Positions 1 through 9,677 of a stretch of 64,000 nucleotides of DNA are shown in pieces; the first letter of the stretch is position 1, and every line of letters starts with the position of its first letter. Under the pieces are notes generated by a model that searched no databases, was not told the origin of the DNA, and saw only the letters and a list, made by a program, of their open reading frames with translations. The stretch lies in assembly GCA_038247415.1 (NCBI GenBank), contig JBBRUX010000021.1, positions 3,207 to 67,206 of the forward strand, written 5' to 3'. Both the position numbers and the translations under genes were made by a program. The stretch comes from Chitinivibrionales bacterium. Its GTDB lineage: Bacteria > Fibrobacterota > Chitinivibrionia > Chitinivibrionales > WJKA01.

Positions 1-1229
1 GCGATATGATCTTTCAGGTATAAAAATGTGTTGCGTTCAAATCTGAACGTTTCGACAAGTGAGAAGATGGGCAGTTCATGTGAAAGATACGCAAGCTTTG
101 TCTGACACTCCTGCCACTCTTCTGAAGGATTTGAATCTGCAACAATCCCGCTGCCCACCGGGGCATGATAAAAGCTTTCGTGGGAGTACTTATACAGCGT
201 GCGAATCGGAACAGAAAAAACAGAACTACTCATAGCAGGAGCTCCATAGCCAATAGCCCCACAGTAAACACCACGAACATGTGATTCTAGCTCTTTTATA
301 ATTTCCATGGCTCTTATTTTTGGAGCCCCCGTTACCGAACCACACGGAAAGAGGGCGTTCATGATGCTTGCAAGTTTAGGCAATCCCGTTAATCGTCCCT
401 GTATTGCAGAGGTCATTTGATGCACCGTTGGGTGCGTTTCCACATCAAAAAGCGACGAAACACGAATCGACCCAATGTCGCAAATCCGCCCCAGATCATT
501 TCGCAAAAGGTCAACAATCATGAGGTTTTCTGCTTTATTTTTTTCCGATGTAGCAAGCTCTTGTTTGATCTTCCTATCGGACGCTTGATACATTCCCCGC
601 TTTGAAGTCCCTTTCATGGGCTTGACACGGATAGTATTGGATCGTGTCTCAAAAAAAAGCTCTGGAGAACAAGACACAATAGAACATTCTGATGTTTGGA
701 TTACCGCCCCATACCGCGTGGGTTGTTTTTCTCTCAGGTATGCATAAAGAATAAGAGGTTCTTGTAAACAGTTTATTGTTACATCGGTCGTTAAATTTAC
801 TTGATAAGATTCGCCATTGCGGATATAGTCTAAAATTGCAGCCACCGATTGCTGGTAAGCTTTTTCATCGGTGCAATATCTAGGGATCAAACGATCTATT
901 TCAGTCATTTGATGTGCCTGGGCGCCTAAGAGCGTTTCTAAGGTAATAACTTCTGGCTCATTAAAAACACCAAACCAGCAGCAGTCGGTACCGGTAGACG
1001 ATTGGTAATCAGCTGCAAAACGAGGCTCCAAAGCATACCCCGATTCATAGCTCATGTAGCCTGCTACATAATATCCCGAAGCGGTGTAGCCATCGCATTC
1101 GGCTAAAATGGCTTCTACCTGAGAATTCTTCTTGGTGGAAAGGATACATACTGGGTTAGAAAACAAGAGCGATGGAGCAGATGGATCTGAGGCAGGATCG
1201 AGGAATACAAATGGCGTAGAAGGATTCAT
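1..1229 (-). CDS. pabB: aminodeoxychorismate synthase component I (chorismate-binding enzyme), probably fused to an ADC-lyase-like domain; 3' end lies beyond the window
   Basis: The reading frame is open on the minus strand from the ATG at 1229-1227 to the window edge, so it is absent from the ORF track. The translation starts MNPSTPFVFLD. Chorismate-binding motifs were read directly: AENLMIVDLLRNDLGR, KPMKGTSKRG, FPCGSVTGAPKIRAMEI and RGVYCGAIGYG. After EEWQECQTKLAYL the frame continues FSLVETFRFERNTFLYLKDHI, which resembles the start of a class-IV aminotransferase / PabC. Confidence 0.8.
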   Translation of the reverse strand, partial: MNPSTPFVFLDPASDPSAPSLLFSNPVCILSTKKNSQVEAILAECDGYTASGYYVAGYMSYESGYALEPRFAADYQSSTGTDCCWFGVFNEPEVITLETLLGAQAHQMTEIDRLIPRYCTDEKAYQQSVAAILDYIRNGESYQVNLTTDVTINCLQEPLILYAYLREKQPTRYGAVIQTSECSIVSCSPELFFETRSNTIRVKPMKGTSKRGMYQASDRKIKQELATSEKNKAENLMIVDLLRNDLGRICDIGSIRVSSLFDVETHPTVHQMTSAIQGRLTGLPKLASIMNALFPCGSVTGAPKIRAMEIIKELESHVRGVYCGAIGYGAPAMSSSVFSVPIRTLYKYSHESFYHAPVGSGIVADSNPSEEWQECQTKLAYLSHELPIFSLVETFRFERNTFLYLKDHI

Positions 1230-1237
1230 GATTTTAG

Positions 1238-1552
1238 TTACAAAGAAAGCCCTTCAACATCATTAACAAGCGTAAATATGGTATCGAGCTTAACAGATGC
1301 AATCATACCCGAAAAATAGGTATCGGGCTTATAGAGGAGCAAAGCCATGTTTTTTTCTAACGTGACCCGGTGAATCGAGAGGAGCATACGGATTCCGGAT
1401 GAATCACAAATTTTCACCGATTCCATATCAAGAACAACCCTTTTAACACAGGGGTCGTTAAGTCCCTCTAGTATCCGTGCGCGTTGAAAATCTGCATTAA
1501 CTATAGTAATGCTTTCACTGCAGCGGTAGACAAATGTGTCTAGAATCATCAT
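1238..1552 (-). CDS. STAS-domain protein (anti-sigma-factor antagonist-like)
   Basis: The ORF track gives 1238..1615. I prefer the tandem ATG ATG at 1552/1549 because a GGAG lies about 9 nt upstream. The sequence VVLDMESVKICDSSGIRMLLSIHR is typical of SpoIIAA/STAS folds. The gene sits 8 nt upstream of the pabB start. Confidence 0.65.
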   Translation of the reverse strand: MMILDTFVYRCSESITIVNADFQRARILEGLNDPCVKRVVLDMESVKICDSSGIRMLLSIHRVTLEKNMALLLYKPDTYFSGMIASVKLDTIFTLVNDVEGLSL

Positions 1553-1615
1553 ACGAGCGCTCCAGCGAAGCTGCAAAAACCAAGACGCTGGCATACAGCC
1601 AGCGTCTGATAGCAC

Positions 1616-4600
1616 TCAGTATACATCGAGAAAAACTTCGCCAATAATTCCCGCTGGCCTTCCGCTCATGCGCATGATATTATCGATCGTATTGGACACC
1701 CGGATAACGAGTTCGTTACGCTTTGTATCACACGAGTCGGTAATGTCAAATTGACACGGAGCGCACAACGACGAGCCAAGCGCCTGGCCATTAAGAAGAA
1801 CATCGACTGCACCCGAAACATGCGATATATTGAGCACAAGCCGAGTATAATCGGAAGGAACTTCGATAACCTGATGATATTCTCCAACACCGCTTAAATG
1901 TGGAAAACCGTATTTAGTCCAGGAATCGTATCCTGCAATTTGGCTGTGTGCACCCACAACCCATCCTTTTGAGCCTTTCTCTACCGCAAAGTCACCTGCA
2001 ACATACATTGGATATACAATTGTTGGTGGATTATCGGTGATACCAACCGTACGCACGGCAACGCGATTAAATCCTTTGTTAAGGAGGCCGTTACACGCGC
2101 CAATAAAAGACTGCGCCATATAAGGAGATGCGGCTGCCATGAGCGCAATTGCGGGATCGGTTCCCATGATAGCTGAAAGGGGAGTGTGCTCGAGCTTGTT
2201 TCCATTAATGGATATTTCGAGCATCTTTTTAGAGTGCTCGTTTGTAAGTTGACTATTAGAGAGAACATTTCCCAGCACAACAAACGCATGCGCTGGTATA
2301 TCTTTTACTTCGAAATACGATTCGTAATAGTGTGAATAGCCGCCCGATTCACGCGAAATGCCAATTCGAGTATTCCAGCCGGCCAAAGGCAGTGCATTAA
2401 AACTCTTGGGTGTAAACTTCCATTGATTGCGCAGTACCAGACGATAATTTCGCGCTCCAATTTCGAAAACCGCCGGCTGCAATTCAACGTTGTCTGTGTC
2501 TAAAGATGAAACGTACTTCTTTTCGGTTCCAATTATCACCGCAGTTTGTTGTGGAACAAAGTTCATCAAAATACCTACAGATTCTTCTATAGCTTCTACA
2601 TTGACAAGTTCGGTGATTTCTCCTGTCATGGCAGAGACAAGATACCAATGAGCGTGTGGCGGCATTTCCAAAAGAACTGAGTGTTCTTGTGACTCGGATG
2701 TATTATGAAACATGAATACCGTATGTCCGGGAGCGTACATCTGAGAGGAAATAATATCAGCGCAGCGCTTTCCGTGTGTTGTCGCATTGACTAGAGGAGC
2801 TCCTAATCGAGCAAGTGCTATTCCTGCTTCCATAGCATCTACGACCAAAACCGACGGAACTTTTCCTTTAAGCAGCTTTTCTACGCGAGTTGTAAAAGCA
2901 GCACTAATACCATCATCCTGATTCCCGACAGGAGCCGTATCAATAAAAATGACGGGCGACTTTTTAACTGCCATTTTCTCTATTTGTACAAAGGCACTTC
3001 TGTCGATCATGCGAGAATAGGGAACAATCAATGCTCGGTATCCATTTTTACGTGTTTTATCGGTTCCAATTAGCTCGCCAGTTGGTTTTAGGGTCATTGA
3101 CCCAAGGCGACTCTCGGAAATAACATCATATTCAAAGCCCGCTTCACCGATGCGCTCGAGCGTTTCTCGCATTTGTACACAGGTCGATTTAACCACTTCG
3201 TTGTGATACGGAGTAAAATCGGTTGCAACTGACGATGCGGGGCTTAGGACTGCAATATCACGCGTTCCATGTGTTCCAACCACAAGCTCTTGCATACGGC
3301 CTACATATTCGCATAATTGCTTCATGCGAGAAGCTTCAACAGAGTACCAGAAAGGAGCATAGCCCGTTTTAAGTTGGCTTCGGTGATCGATTGCAGAATA
3401 AAATCCATCGATGATAATGATAGATTCTCCCGCAAGGGTAATCAGATCGATTTCTTGCTTGAGAGACTGTAACGATTGAGCAGCACCTGTTTTATTGCGG
3501 CCAATTACCGATACGGTAGTTCGCTTATATTCAACAGCGTTCTGATCTGCCATGGTCCGTATCGCACACAAATTTTCGAAGGTGCCTTCTTGATTCTGAA
3601 CACCAACGCAAGCGAGTGGCACCTGAGGAACAATAAAAGAGTCGCGGAGGCATGACACACTGCCGGTAATTGACTTTTCTGGAACTAATACCCACTGACT
3701 CATTTTGTACTTTTTAGCCCACGTCTCAAGTGTCAAGGCTGTTCGTTCGAACATCGACTGAATCATGAACGAATAAACGTGTGCGCGAACTTTAATGCTT
3801 TGAGAATCGGCATCACAAAAAAGAATTGGCAATGTCTTAAGGAGTTCCTTTTTGTATTTAGACCGATATTTAATAACGAGATCATCGTCCCAGGGAATAG
3901 AATTATCGCCAGGAAGTGTTGCCGGTAGTTCGGTAATAAAACCTTCCAAAACAGTGCCGATGTATTTAGGAAATCGCTCGTTGAAAACTTCGAGGACGCT
4001 ATTGATATACACTTGCGGAGATTCAACATTAAAAGGATTCATGAGATAATTGCCAAGTGGATCGAGAATATATTCTCGTTTGAGAACAATTATCCTATAG
4101 GTGCTGCCCGTTGGAGCCTTAAAGGAATAATGAGACTTGGCAGCAGTAAAAGGAATCTCTCGAATGTCCGATGAATCGATACGATCATTTTTGCTTTTAG
4201 AAGCGAATGCGAACGTATTGCCATCTTTTTCGATCGGATAATCGAACGTTTCGCCCGAATTGAGAATCTGATTGTGGATGACTACCAATTTTTGAGCTCT
4301 GATTGTTGCATTTCGCTTGGTAGGTTCTTTAAAAACCTCATTTTGTGGAAATGAAAAATCATCGGCTAGACGAATGCCAAGACCAGCTTCCTTAGCCTGT
4401 TCCAAAATATGCCCAAACAAAACCAAGAACTCTTCGGAGAGATATGCGGGAACAAGATCTCGTCCTGCGCGTATCGCTACGCCAGCAAAGCCACTTTCAA
4501 CAAAAAATTTAAACTGATCATTGAGCTGTGTTTGAGTAATTGATTGATTCCAGATCCAAATGGCCCATGGTCTGGTACCTTGAGAGGGCTTCTGCAGAGA

Positions 4601-4618
4601 TGCTTTCAGATCTTTCAA
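1616..4618 (-). CDS. large cytoplasmic glycoside-hydrolase-like protein (GH106 / GH2-sugar-binding-domain type; family uncertain)
   Basis: 1000-aa ORF with no signal peptide. The N-terminus is TRPWAIWIWNQSITQTQLNDQFKFFVESGFAGVAIRAGRDLVPAYLSEEF. The C-terminal segment VLLNGQALG..FDITD..NELVIRVSN looks like a galactose-binding-like domain. The pattern is recalled from large 'glycosyl hydrolase' proteins, so the family assignment is not verified. Confidence 0.65.
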   Translation of the reverse strand: MKDLKASLQKPSQGTRPWAIWIWNQSITQTQLNDQFKFFVESGFAGVAIRAGRDLVPAYLSEEFLVLFGHILEQAKEAGLGIRLADDFSFPQNEVFKEPTKRNATIRAQKLVVIHNQILNSGETFDYPIEKDGNTFAFASKSKNDRIDSSDIREIPFTAAKSHYSFKAPTGSTYRIIVLKREYILDPLGNYLMNPFNVESPQVYINSVLEVFNERFPKYIGTVLEGFITELPATLPGDNSIPWDDDLVIKYRSKYKKELLKTLPILFCDADSQSIKVRAHVYSFMIQSMFERTALTLETWAKKYKMSQWVLVPEKSITGSVSCLRDSFIVPQVPLACVGVQNQEGTFENLCAIRTMADQNAVEYKRTTVSVIGRNKTGAAQSLQSLKQEIDLITLAGESIIIIDGFYSAIDHRSQLKTGYAPFWYSVEASRMKQLCEYVGRMQELVVGTHGTRDIAVLSPASSVATDFTPYHNEVVKSTCVQMRETLERIGEAGFEYDVISESRLGSMTLKPTGELIGTDKTRKNGYRALIVPYSRMIDRSAFVQIEKMAVKKSPVIFIDTAPVGNQDDGISAAFTTRVEKLLKGKVPSVLVVDAMEAGIALARLGAPLVNATTHGKRCADIISSQMYAPGHTVFMFHNTSESQEHSVLLEMPPHAHWYLVSAMTGEITELVNVEAIEESVGILMNFVPQQTAVIIGTEKKYVSSLDTDNVELQPAVFEIGARNYRLVLRNQWKFTPKSFNALPLAGWNTRIGISRESGGYSHYYESYFEVKDIPAHAFVVLGNVLSNSQLTNEHSKKMLEISINGNKLEHTPLSAIMGTDPAIALMAAASPYMAQSFIGACNGLLNKGFNRVAVRTVGITDNPPTIVYPMYVAGDFAVEKGSKGWVVGAHSQIAGYDSWTKYGFPHLSGVGEYHQVIEVPSDYTRLVLNISHVSGAVDVLLNGQALGSSLCAPCQFDITDSCDTKRNELVIRVSNTIDNIMRMSGRPAGIIGEVFLDVY

Positions 4619-5029
4619 AATCCTGCTCCGGGATAAAGTTTAGCGATACTATAGTAAAACAATTTATTCGTTTAACATATACTATATATATAAGAGTACA
4701 AATTCAAACTATATTGAGCCAGATTTCTTGTCAAGCATATTTTTTTGAGCATGGCTCCTGACTTACATCGTAAGTTATTGAATTAAAAAGAAATACATAG
4801 TTTACTGAAATGTGAATATTAATTACAAATTGTTCTTTTAAAGCACCACCCACTCGATAAACAACCCATTTTAGCCCTATTCAAGAAATTTTTTAGCTAC
4901 CTTCATTTCGTAAAAATTCACCCCTTAAATACATTTTTTTAAAAAAGTATTCACCCTGAAAGGCCAAACTGATATACTTTAATAAACTTGACTACCTCTG
5001 TATCCACATCCAACCTTGAAAAGGTGTTT

Positions 5030-5425
5030 ATGAAAAAGCATATTGAACTCTTGGCCATTCTTCATATCACCCTGGGGAGTTTAACACTCATTGGCGGGAT
5101 CCTTCTGATTTCCATTCTTCTGGGAACCGGATACCTTGCTTCAACCCTTAGCGGCGAACCATCGGTTGCATTCATTGTACGTTGCATTGCGATAGGGCTT
5201 TCCATCTTTGCCTTTATTATTGGGGCCCCCATACTCATTGCAGGAATAGGCCTTTTAAAACTCAAATCGTGGGCACGCGTCCTTTCGCTTATCTTGGCAT
5301 TCATCGATATCATAAACTTTCCCTTTGGAACGCTCGTTTCGATTTATACTTTTTGGGTACTTTTAAAAACAGAATCGACAAGCCTCTTTGGAATGTCAAT
5401 TACAGGTATTGACATACGCGATTAG
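5030..5425 (+). CDS. small polytopic membrane protein (about 4 TM), unknown function
   Basis: The track ORF 4988..5425 starts at a TTG. An in-frame ATG at 5030 (MKKHIELLAILHI) follows AAGG. The protein has four hydrophobic Gly-rich segments. Confidence 0.6.
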   Translation: MKKHIELLAILHITLGSLTLIGGILLISILLGTGYLASTLSGEPSVAFIVRCIAIGLSIFAFIIGAPILIAGIGLLKLKSWARVLSLILAFIDIINFPFGTLVSIYTFWVLLKTESTSLFGMSITGIDIRD

Positions 5426-5461
5426 GCATGACCATTTCACCGCTGGGTACCGGTAAAGCGT

Positions 5462-6610
5462 ATGCTCTGTATAGGATTTCTTAACCAAAGCCATCTTGTT
5501 CAGCGCGAATGCATTGCTGCACTTTCGCGGGTACCACACATTCGCCTTGTTGTTATAGATATTGTCGAAAACCCTTCGCTGCTCCAGATTCAAACACTTA
5601 CCGAACAGCTTGCCAAACAGTCCGTTACGTGCCTTTTTACCATTAACGAATGGGGATTAGACACCCAACAAGCATTAAGCACCTACTGTACAGTCAAGGA
5701 TATTGTTCATATCAACTGGTTTGTTGATGATCCATTTTTTTTGGAGACCATGTATGCTATCCCCCTTACACCCTCTCACAATCGCATCGATTTTGTATCT
5801 GATCGCGGGTATGTGCAAAAGCTTAGAGAACGAGGGTTTTCTGCCCACTTTTTACCCCTAGCAACCGATCCGGCTCTATTTACTCCTCGAAATCAATCTG
5901 AGCGCTATCAGCACAGGATCTGCTTTGTCGGCAATAGCTACAAAGAAGAATTCGATGGATTTTTGACTACGCTCAACATTGACCTAGAACCCTATATTAG
6001 CGGCATTAAAAAAATTCTTGATACCTATAGCACCAACACGCACCTATCGCTTGACCAGGCCATTGAGACCATGCTTACGCACTACCCCACGCTCTCTTTT
6101 GTGCAGCACTCGCAAACAATCTTTCTTAGTAAATTTTTTATTGGCTACATGTTCCGCAAACAGCTTATTACAAATTTGTGTACACACTACCCCGACTGCA
6201 TGGTATTTGGCGATGCTTTGTGGACAGAAATAATTCCACGGCATCAAGTGTCAACGGCCGTTGGCTATTATATCAATTTATGTCAAACCTATCAATCGAC
6301 TGCCATCAACATCGATATAAATCGTACGGTCATTCGCGATGGATTTACACAAAGGATATTCGACTGTTCGGCATGTGGTTCCGCAATCATAACAAGCAGC
6401 AAGCCCTGTGTTGAGGAATTCTTTGAGACATCGGGTCCTTCTCAAGATATGGTGATGTTCACCGATGCCGAATCATTTATGGATCTTACCCGGTACTATC
6501 TCGCTCACGAAAAAGAGCGACAAACTATTGCATTACGAGCGCAAAAAAAAGTATGTTCTCTTCATACGTATGACCATCGAATAAACTCTCTTATGCAGGC
6601 ACTTTTGTAA
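5462..6610 (+). CDS. CgeB-like glycosyltransferase (DUF3880 / Glyco_trans_1_2 type)
   Basis: 382 aa. The C-terminal half, NIDINRTVIRDGFTQRIFDCSACGSAIITS..VMFTDAESFMDLTRYYLAHEKERQTIALRAQKKV, matches the CgeB-family spore-maturation-like GT pattern. Confidence 0.6.
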   Translation: MLCIGFLNQSHLVQRECIAALSRVPHIRLVVIDIVENPSLLQIQTLTEQLAKQSVTCLFTINEWGLDTQQALSTYCTVKDIVHINWFVDDPFFLETMYAIPLTPSHNRIDFVSDRGYVQKLRERGFSAHFLPLATDPALFTPRNQSERYQHRICFVGNSYKEEFDGFLTTLNIDLEPYISGIKKILDTYSTNTHLSLDQAIETMLTHYPTLSFVQHSQTIFLSKFFIGYMFRKQLITNLCTHYPDCMVFGDALWTEIIPRHQVSTAVGYYINLCQTYQSTAINIDINRTVIRDGFTQRIFDCSACGSAIITSSKPCVEEFFETSGPSQDMVMFTDAESFMDLTRYYLAHEKERQTIALRAQKKVCSLHTYDHRINSLMQALL

Positions 6611-6619
6611 GGATAGGCT

Positions 6620-7564
6620 ATGAATGCTCTGGAACTTGTTTCTGTTACCAAAATTATGCAAAAGCATTTTTGGACACCCAAATTTATTGCTGTTGATGCA
6701 CTCTCCTTTACCGTTGCGCAGGGAGGTATTGTTGGCTTTGTGGGGCCAAATGGTGCCGGCAAAACCACATCTATAAAAATGCTTCTGGGTCTTTTAGCGC
6801 CCACGAAAGGATCGCTCTATATTAATGGAGTGTCCGCACATGTCCCTGCAAGCCGCAAAAAAGTTGCATTTATAGCAGAACAACCATACCTTTACGCACA
6901 CTTAAGTGCTCGCGAATCACTGATACTCTCGGCAAATCTACTGGGTATTTTTGGTGAGGAAGCAACCACGGCGGTTGTTGCAGCACTTGAACGTGTAGAC
7001 CTTGCTAGTGCAACCAATAAACCAGTTAAGGAGCTTTCTAAAGGAATGCAGCAACGGCTTTCTATGGCATCGGCGCTTTTAGGAAACCCCGACATTTTTA
7101 TTTTCGACGAACCTATGAGTGGCTTGGATCCACTGGGGCGAACACTCTTTCGTTCTCTCTTTTTAGATCTTGCAAGCACGGGTAAAACCATTTTCTTTTC
7201 GACCCATATCCTAGACGATATCGAACAGCTTTGCCAAAGCATTGTGGTTATCTCTCACGGTAAACTCATGTACAATGGCCCTATGAAACCAATTCTAGAA
7301 TTAGGGTTTGCCGGCACCGACATTCATGTGCCGCTCTTGGCCGACGCTTTAGCAACCAAACTTTTTGAAATGGGATTTACCCTCACACAATCGGGGGCGC
7401 ACGATCATATCCTTTTTGTTCCTAAAAATCTTGATCCCACTCATGCTCAAAAAATTCTTTATGACAATGGCATTTTCATCACATCTATACAACGGCGAAT
7501 GACTTCTCTCGAGGATTTGCTCTATCGCTCGCCTCAATCTCTTGCATCGATTTTCGTTAGCTAG
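6620..7564 (+). CDS. ABC transporter ATP-binding protein
   Basis: Walker A is GPNGAGKTT, the ABC signature is LSKGMQQRLS, and Walker B is IFIFDEPMSGLD. Confidence 0.92.
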   Translation: MNALELVSVTKIMQKHFWTPKFIAVDALSFTVAQGGIVGFVGPNGAGKTTSIKMLLGLLAPTKGSLYINGVSAHVPASRKKVAFIAEQPYLYAHLSARESLILSANLLGIFGEEATTAVVAALERVDLASATNKPVKELSKGMQQRLSMASALLGNPDIFIFDEPMSGLDPLGRTLFRSLFLDLASTGKTIFFSTHILDDIEQLCQSIVVISHGKLMYNGPMKPILELGFAGTDIHVPLLADALATKLFEMGFTLTQSGAHDHILFVPKNLDPTHAQKILYDNGIFITSIQRRMTSLEDLLYRSPQSLASIFVS

Positions 7565-7573
7565 GAGGAATAT

Positions 7574-8338
7574 ATGAATACAATTTTTATTATCACCAAA
7601 AACACCTTCTCCGAAAGTATTCGCAATAAAATACTCTACACGATTTTTGGTTTTGCTGCAGCAATTATTATCCTGTCTATCTCTTTTGGCGAATGGTCGG
7701 TTTTTGCACGCGTACAGGTTATGGAAGACTTTGGCCTGGCTACCATGTCGATTGCAGGGCTTATGCTTGCGGTATTTATTGGTGTTGGACTTTTAGGTAG
7801 AGAAATTGAGTCTAAAACATCGTATGCGATTCTTGTCAAGCCTCTTCCACGGTACCTGTTTGTTATTGGAAAATATCTGGGGCTGTGCGCAACGCTCCTG
7901 CTTACCTTTTTTCTTATGGCGCTTATTTTTTGTATTACTATTGTATGGCTTGGCGGAGCGCTTACCATGGGGATTGCAACCAGCATTTTACTTATCGGTA
8001 TCGAAATGATGATAATTGTTGCGGTTTCGATCCTTTTTTCGGTATACACAACAACTACGCTCGCAGCTCTTTTTACCCTTGGCTTTTATTGCATTGGTCA
8101 TTATAACGATTTACTTGACGTATCTGTATTTGAAAAATCTTCGCCCATTCTCGTTTTATTGCTCAAAATTGTATACATCGTAATTCCTAATCTGGAGCAT
8201 TTTAATATCAGGGCTGCAGTAATTTACGGATCGGGTATGAGTCCGCTGTATATTGGATCAACGGTTGCCTATGGCCTTTTGTTCGTTACCTTCTTTTTGG
8301 TACTTGCTTGCAACGGCTTTTCCCGGAAAGATATCTGA
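7574..8338 (+). CDS. ABC-2 family transporter permease
   Basis: 254 aa with six predicted hydrophobic segments. It starts 9 nt after the ATPase gene ends. Confidence 0.8.
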   Translation: MNTIFIITKNTFSESIRNKILYTIFGFAAAIIILSISFGEWSVFARVQVMEDFGLATMSIAGLMLAVFIGVGLLGREIESKTSYAILVKPLPRYLFVIGKYLGLCATLLLTFFLMALIFCITIVWLGGALTMGIATSILLIGIEMMIIVAVSILFSVYTTTTLAALFTLGFYCIGHYNDLLDVSVFEKSSPILVLLLKIVYIVIPNLEHFNIRAAVIYGSGMSPLYIGSTVAYGLLFVTFFLVLACNGFSRKDI

Positions 8339-8340
8339 AA

Positions 8341-9015
8341 ATGCATTTAAAATTTCCTGTCAAATCATATGGATTAGCAGTGGTGCTTTTGCTTGCAATT
8401 GCAGGCTTACAAACAAGCATTACAAAGCAGAAGAGTACGCTGCAAACGCTCGAAAACATGTCCTATCTGCCACAATCGGATAAACTTAAGCCTTTTTTGT
8501 GTGGTTTTCATACGACCTATGCTGCTTTTTTATGGATAAAAACCATTCTTTATTTTGGGGGAAATACCCAACTGGGAACAGCCGTTCCTTGGTTACCGCA
8601 TATGGTTGACGTTGTTACAAAACTGAATCCCGAATTCTTCCCCCCCTACGAATTTGCCGGCCTTATGCTGACGCAATATGCACAAGATCCCAAAGGCGCG
8701 CTCATCATTCTTGCCCGTGGCGGAGCACACCTTAACAAAGACCGTTGGAAAGCCTATTATTATATGTCTTGGATATATAATACGTGGTATCACGATACCC
8801 TCCGCGCTGCCGATTGTTTATCCATGGCAGCTAAGGTGGATCCTAAACAGCGGGAATACATTATCTCTCTGGCAGCAAAATTCTATAGCCGTTCCAATGA
8901 AAAAGAAAAAGCCATACAATTCCTTACTTCAATGTACGATATAGCGGAAAGCCCCAGTGTTAAGCGCGCTATTATTGACAGACTTAATAAGCTTACCACA
9001 CAAGGAAAGCTATAG
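8341..9015 (+). CDS. membrane-anchored helical-repeat (TPR-like) protein, unknown function
   Basis: The ATG at 8341 lies 2 nt after the permease TGA; the track ORF 8308..9015 begins inside the permease gene. The protein has an N-terminal TM segment (YGLAVVLLLAIAGL) followed by an alpha-helical repeat-like body. Confidence 0.6.
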   Translation: MHLKFPVKSYGLAVVLLLAIAGLQTSITKQKSTLQTLENMSYLPQSDKLKPFLCGFHTTYAAFLWIKTILYFGGNTQLGTAVPWLPHMVDVVTKLNPEFFPPYEFAGLMLTQYAQDPKGALIILARGGAHLNKDRWKAYYYMSWIYNTWYHDTLRAADCLSMAAKVDPKQREYIISLAAKFYSRSNEKEKAIQFLTSMYDIAESPSVKRAIIDRLNKLTTQGKL

Positions 9016-9103
9016 CCCCATTACACTCCAGATGATATTACACCCTTCTAGCTTCTTTTCCTTTCTATTTCGAAAATTTTTTTAAAAATAATTAATTTTT
9101 TCC

Positions 9104-9132
9104 TTGATGCTCTCAGAGGATACTATTATATT
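9104..9132 (+). promoter_or_regulatory. sigma70-like promoter candidate (TTGATG - 17 nt - TATATT)
   Basis: The hexamers were read directly in the AT-rich 9016-9677 spacer. The promoter consensus for this phylum is unknown to me. Confidence 0.25.
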
Positions 9133-9164
9133 TTTTGTCAGTTGACCGAACCTAATCATTCGCA

Positions 9165-9470
9165 TTGCGTAGTGCTTATACCATTTTTTCTAAAAGAGTA
9201 TGCATGATTTGCTTTAAAGATTTTTCCAAAGATTCCTACCAATCCGATACACGTCCATCTTCATCGAGCGATATGGGTGATGTCAACAAAGACATCCACG
9301 CATGGATTAATGCCTCACACAAGCATATCGTCAATATCGAAATAGTTAAAGCCCTTGCATCAAGCCCAACACACAAGTCTCCACTAGCTATGCAACCATC
9401 CAATGCTGCTGCTCAATCAGACCAGTACATTCGAGTCTGGTACACAGACCAAGAAAGCTCCTCGCAATAA
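9165..9470 (+). CDS. hypothetical small protein (doubtful)
   Basis: Only ORF in the 660-nt spacer. It starts at a TTG at 9165 or an internal ATG at 9204. I recognise no motif, and the composition is Ser/Gln-rich. Confidence 0.25.
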   Translation: MRSAYTIFSKRVCMICFKDFSKDSYQSDTRPSSSSDMGDVNKDIHAWINASHKHIVNIEIVKALASSPTHKSPLAMQPSNAAAQSDQYIRVWYTDQESSSQ

Positions 9471-9677
9471 CCTTTCTCTAAACCATTTTTTTTCTAATCA
9501 CACATACCGAAAAAACCCTCTTAACTACTTTTTTTGCCTAACCAAGACATTTATTTGCGCCGATGATACTTGATGTAGCTGCAACTCTATGATATGATTA
9601 AGAATCTAAAGCATACTAAGGTAGCACTCAAGCATCTCAGAGGATTTGATCATCATCATTCTTACAAGGACAATCTC

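Noticed and set aside
30-60. tRNA T-loop-like string GTTCAAATC near the window start. A general scan for tRNA, rRNA and CRISPR features was also made.
   Set aside because: The string lies inside the pabB frame with no flanking acceptor or anticodon stems. I saw no spaced direct-repeat array or rRNA-like conserved blocks anywhere in the window.
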